The notes under the pieces were generated by a model, which searched no databases, was not told where the DNA came from, and saw only the letters and a program-made list of their open reading frames with translations. The position numbers and the translations under genes are program-made. DNA of 58,216 bases from an uncultured Pseudomonadales bacterium. Its GTDB lineage: Bacteria > Patescibacteriota > Microgenomatia > UBA1400 > PJMF01. Below, in pieces: positions 54,964-58,216 of the stretch (the first letter of the stretch is position 1; each line of letters opens with the position of its first letter). The DNA lies in contig CAZDWQ010000002.1 in NCBI GenBank assembly GCA_964509285.1, forward strand, positions 1-58,216, written 5' to 3'.

Positions 54964-56469
54964 ATGACAATTGATAATCCTGTCCCTGGCAGGGAGCACC
55001 AAAGGGAAAAAGACACTTTAGGCTCACTCAAAGAAGTTGAACTGCCGTTCAGTGGTCCTGATCAAAATGTAGAAACTCATTATGTACTCAACAATGAAGG
55101 TTTTTTCAAAAGGTTTAGTCTTCCTAAAATCGATCAATCTAATGAGCTCAAACCAAACTTTCCAGCAGTTGCTAAAGAATACCTTGCTGGACTCCTCCCT
55201 TTTGTAGCAATAGTACCTGAAGACATTCAAAGAAGAGTTCAGGAAGCACTCTCAAAAAGGTTCCCATCGGGATATAAAATTGAAACTGAAGGGGTAATCA
55301 TTCAACAATCATATTCTGCCTTAAAGATAAGAGAAATTTTTGGTTTTGATCACTATTTAAGTTATCCAACTGTCGCCACACATATTTATGACGAAAATAA
55401 CGAATTTGTTAAAAAAATTGAATTCAACTTTATCGATAAAAGAACAGCAAAAAAAATTGAAGCAATAAAAACAAAGTTTGAGGGGCTGAGTGATCAGGAA
55501 AAAAAGCTATTCCAAGAAAAATTAGCTTCTCTCTGGAGTAGTTATGAACAAGATGGCTTAACCGAGCGTCTAATTGAAAATGAAAAATCTGTAGGAATGC
55601 TAGGAAGTTTAAGAGGACTCTCTGTCATAGATTTGAGCTTAATGATTCTCGAACACAAATCTGAAGCAAATTGGCTAGACCAATCATATCAAGGAAACGA
55701 GACTAAATTTTCAAGAGAGCAACATAGAATCCTCAAAAAAAGAAAAGAGCTGTACTCGAATGGGGAAAATATTGAAGGAGAAGCGCTCCTTCCTACAGAA
55801 TTGGAAGTACTTCAAAAAGCAGTTGACATCTTAGCAATGTATGGCACAGATCCCTCTCGGCTCGACTCAAACCTACGTCCCTCTTCAAAAGAATATTTAG
55901 AAAACCTTCTTGTTGACCTTTCTCAAGGATTTTCACACTATCACCACAACATTGCTCGTGGTGGACAAATGTACAGTTTTTGGAAAAAACGAGAACCAGG
56001 AGAAAAATATACATTTTTTGACAAACTTAAGTTAATAGCTAGCAGCAAACGACTCATACCATATAAAGGTACCTATATTAAAGGAAGTTACTTTCAAGGT
56101 ATAGATTTTGGATCAGAAGAACCCATCAGTTTGCTTTCTTTATTATACGGAGAAAGATTGAAAAATAACTTGACCTCACCAATTATTTTTGATGTCGTAA
56201 TGAAAAAAATGCCTACATTTAAGCATCAAAATGGATATGTGAGATATGTCGATACTCAACTACCAAGGTCTCTTAGAAGAGTTATTATTGAAAAAGAGCA
56301 ATACATAGAGCAGACCCAACAAATACTCACAGAGGCTGGTTACCAGAATATTGAAGTAGTAACTTCAGCCCAATTTGAAGCAGAAGTGCTTCTACTTCAG
56401 TTAGCAAGAAGAGAACTTCTCAGAGAAAAAGGCCTCGTAAAGACTATTCCCGCAAACCCCAAACCTTAA
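54964..56469 (+). CDS. hypothetical protein
   Basis: A 501-aa ORF with ordinary composition and no motif recognised. Confidence 0.55.
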   Translation: MTIDNPVPGREHQREKDTLGSLKEVELPFSGPDQNVETHYVLNNEGFFKRFSLPKIDQSNELKPNFPAVAKEYLAGLLPFVAIVPEDIQRRVQEALSKRFPSGYKIETEGVIIQQSYSALKIREIFGFDHYLSYPTVATHIYDENNEFVKKIEFNFIDKRTAKKIEAIKTKFEGLSDQEKKLFQEKLASLWSSYEQDGLTERLIENEKSVGMLGSLRGLSVIDLSLMILEHKSEANWLDQSYQGNETKFSREQHRILKKRKELYSNGENIEGEALLPTELEVLQKAVDILAMYGTDPSRLDSNLRPSSKEYLENLLVDLSQGFSHYHHNIARGGQMYSFWKKREPGEKYTFFDKLKLIASSKRLIPYKGTYIKGSYFQGIDFGSEEPISLLSLLYGERLKNNLTSPIIFDVVMKKMPTFKHQNGYVRYVDTQLPRSLRRVIIEKEQYIEQTQQILTEAGYQNIEVVTSAQFEAEVLLLQLARRELLREKGLVKTIPANPKP

Positions 56470-56574
56470 CAACCTATAATTCTATATCAATATATTTAAT
56501 AATATTAGTTATTGCATCAAAACTACACAGTAAAGAGTAGGGGACAAACAAAGGCCAAGCTAACACCTCAAAAT

Positions 56575-57510
56575 CTACAACTCCGAATGGTTCTTATCAT
56601 AAGATTTCTTCAAATCTGGCCTGGTAACATGAGTATAAATCTGGGTAGTTGCAATATTTTTATGCCCCAACATCTCCTGCACATCTCTTAAAGAAGCGCC
56701 ATTACTCAATAAATCTGTCGCAAAACTATGCCTAATCCCATGAGGACTAATCTTAATTGGCAACTTTGCCTTCCTGCAGTAAGTATCAACCAGGCGTTGT
56801 ACACTCCTTGCTGTCAGTCGCATCTCTTCACCATCAGCTAATAACTCAGGCTGCCCACCAGAATAGCGGATAAACACAGGATCCCAGTTATCAGCCCGAG
56901 ACGACATATACTTCTGCAACCAATACACAGCACGCTCACTTAAAAACACAACCCGTGGTCGGCGACCTTTTCCGATCACTCCAAACTCACGCTTAGCCAA
57001 ATCAATTTGATCGCGGTTCAACCCAACCAACTCACTCACCCGCAAACCAGTAGAAAACAAAACTTCCAAAATTGCCTTGTCCCGTAACCCACTTTTTGCC
57101 GACAAAAGTGGCTGATTTAACAACCGTTCAACTCTCTCAATATTCAAAAATTCCATCTGTTTTGACTCAGCTTTTGGCAAATCAATCTTCTCCGGATGCA
57201 TCACTGGAGCATCATTTTTGACCATAAATTTCAACAAAGAACGCAGGGCAATCGCGTAGTAACTCTGCGTTCGCTTAGACAAAGTTCGCCCAATTTCATC
57301 AACGTAGCGAGACAAATATACGCGGTAACTACGCACCACATCTTGGTTTAATTCCGTTAAATCTTTGTAGCCTTCATTCAAAAACCACTCGTTAAAACGA
57401 CGCAAATAGTGGGAGTAATTTCTGATAGTAAGACGGCTCACATTCCGCTCAACTTCAAGATGTTCAACAAAAGTAAGAAGTGCTTTATGGGGATTAGTAG
57501 AAAGTGCCAT
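56575..57510 (-). CDS. tyrosine site-specific recombinase, XerC/XerD-like
   Basis: The N-terminal SAM-like domain reads LLTFVEHLEVERNVSRLTIRNYSHYLRRF. Catalytic motifs are GLRVSELVGL ... HGIRHSFATDLL ... LGHKNIATTQIYTHV. Confidence 0.9.
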   Translation of the reverse strand: MALSTNPHKALLTFVEHLEVERNVSRLTIRNYSHYLRRFNEWFLNEGYKDLTELNQDVVRSYRVYLSRYVDEIGRTLSKRTQSYYAIALRSLLKFMVKNDAPVMHPEKIDLPKAESKQMEFLNIERVERLLNQPLLSAKSGLRDKAILEVLFSTGLRVSELVGLNRDQIDLAKREFGVIGKGRRPRVVFLSERAVYWLQKYMSSRADNWDPVFIRYSGGQPELLADGEEMRLTARSVQRLVDTYCRKAKLPIKISPHGIRHSFATDLLSNGASLRDVQEMLGHKNIATTQIYTHVTRPDLKKSYDKNHSEL

Positions 57511-57568
57511 ACAACAATTTTTTCTTGTAAAAATATAGTTTACTTATTCAACAAAATACTATGAGTTT

Positions 57569-57595
57569 TTAGCAGACAAAATACTATTCTGCTAA
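57569..57595. promoter_or_regulatory. inverted repeat TTAGCAGA-N11-TCTGCTAA in the recombinase upstream region
   Basis: Perfect 8-bp arms identical to those at 27410-27436. The loop shares CAAAATACTAT with a direct copy at 57552-57562. Confidence 0.5.
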
Positions 57596-57894
57596 TTTTA
57601 CTTTATAAAATCAAAGATTGATATATCAACCCTTTTATATTGCAATATTTTGATCCACTATGATACAAATAAGAATATTATTTTAAAAAAAAGGGACTTT
57701 ATTAAATCAAGAGCTCGTTATTTTTCATCTAGTGTCCCCCGAGAGAGGCAAGGAGGGGAGTGAAGAATACCTCTTCGCAAATTCGGTGCACATTGTAGTG
57801 AACTCAAAGTATATTAAAGAACAAAAGTAGAATACTAAATACAAGTATACACAAACTTAAAATATTGTGCGACGTAAAATAGATTTTAGTTCGA

Positions 57895-58170
57895 TTAGTT
57901 TAGAAGATACCCTGACGTTGTAAGAGAAATAAACGCTTGAACTTCAACGTCGTTTGGAACTGTCTGAGCAAATTTTGCTGTAATGTAATTGGCCATTTCG
58001 TTAATCTCCTTGACCTCAGTCAAACCAAGCGTGAGGGCAAACCAAACAAAAAGATCCTGAGTGAAATTATCTACGAGTGACTGATCAATATCTCGTTTAT
58101 ATAACCTGAAGTCTTCAGACTTTACTGACTGACCGTTCAGATATATCAACAACCCATCATCATATAGCAC
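57895..58170 (-). CDS. hypothetical protein
   Basis: A 91-aa ORF near the window edge with no motif recognised. Confidence 0.35.
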   Translation of the reverse strand: MLYDDGLLIYLNGQSVKSEDFRLYKRDIDQSLVDNFTQDLFVWFALTLGLTEVKEINEMANYITAKFAQTVPNDVEVQAFISLTTSGYLLN

Positions 58171-58216
58171 CTGAAAAACCAGTTGTCAGATTTGATACAG
58201 AAACGTTTGCTGGTGA

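Noticed and set aside
54799-57510. Integrated element at tRNA-Ala with the nearby tyrosine recombinase
   Set aside because: The recombinase has a XerC/D-like N-terminal domain and motifs and lies on the 5' side of the tRNA. I found no direct repeat of the tRNA 3' end. The genes in between are ordinary in composition.
57700-57800. Locally GC-rich patch (gtgtcccccgagagaggcaaggaggggagtg...) in the AT-rich intergenic region, considered as SRP/6S/other ncRNA
   Set aside because: Only short 5-bp stems are present (TCCCC/GGGGA, GAAGA/TCTTC), and no conserved ncRNA motif is recognisable by eye. It would need an Infernal scan.
1-58216. CRISPR arrays, rRNA genes, IS elements/transposases
   Set aside because: I saw no regularly spaced 25-40-bp direct repeats with unique spacers. 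I saw no rRNA-like conserved stretches and no transposase-like ORF with terminal inverted repeats. The only short tandem array is the 12-bp TAGACT repeat at 9158-9201.

Overview
This is a 58.2-kb window read with the standard genetic code. It is compact and mostly operonic. The gene content fits a small-genome CPR/Patescibacteria (Saccharibacteria-like) episymbiont: a Gram-positive-style minimal type IV secretion cluster, a large type IV pilus locus with many pilins, giant secreted proteins, a DGR with a DUF1566-like target, and few metabolic genes. That taxonomic call is inference only.

Contents from left to right:
- An ArdC-like gene at the window edge.
- A MacB/FtsX-type ABC pair plus a 1055-aa FN3 surface protein.
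- A complete diversity-generating retroelement: TR 7464-7601, avd, RT, a Fic-domain gene, and a minus-strand target gene with VR 10658-10795. TR and VR differ at 11 positions in 138 bp, and every difference is at a TR adenine.
- A T4SS-like cluster: two VirB2-like genes, VirB6-like, PrgI/VirB3-like, a split VirB4 and an M23 hydrolase.
- A visibly AT-richer island of about 7 kb (17.1-24.3 kb). It encodes a 718-aa multi-HTH protein, a DndD-like SMC/ABC ATPase, a DndE-like domain fused to a HerA/FtsK-type ATPase, an XRE regulator and a PLD/HKD nuclease. It has no DndA or DndC. This is my best candidate for an undescribed defence-type system.
- A frame-interrupted argG with an MGS-like C-terminal domain, preceded by a densely structured leader, followed by an amidohydrolase.
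- An operon of giant surface proteins ending in a CHAP plus beta-propeller hydrolase.
- A type IV pilus locus: six pilin-like genes, pilD, pilC, pilT and pilB.
- holB-like, gyrB-ppaC-gyrA, tRNA-Ala(GGC) and a Xer-type recombinase.

I saw no rRNA and no CRISPR array. All family assignments come from motif recognition by eye, not from database searches.
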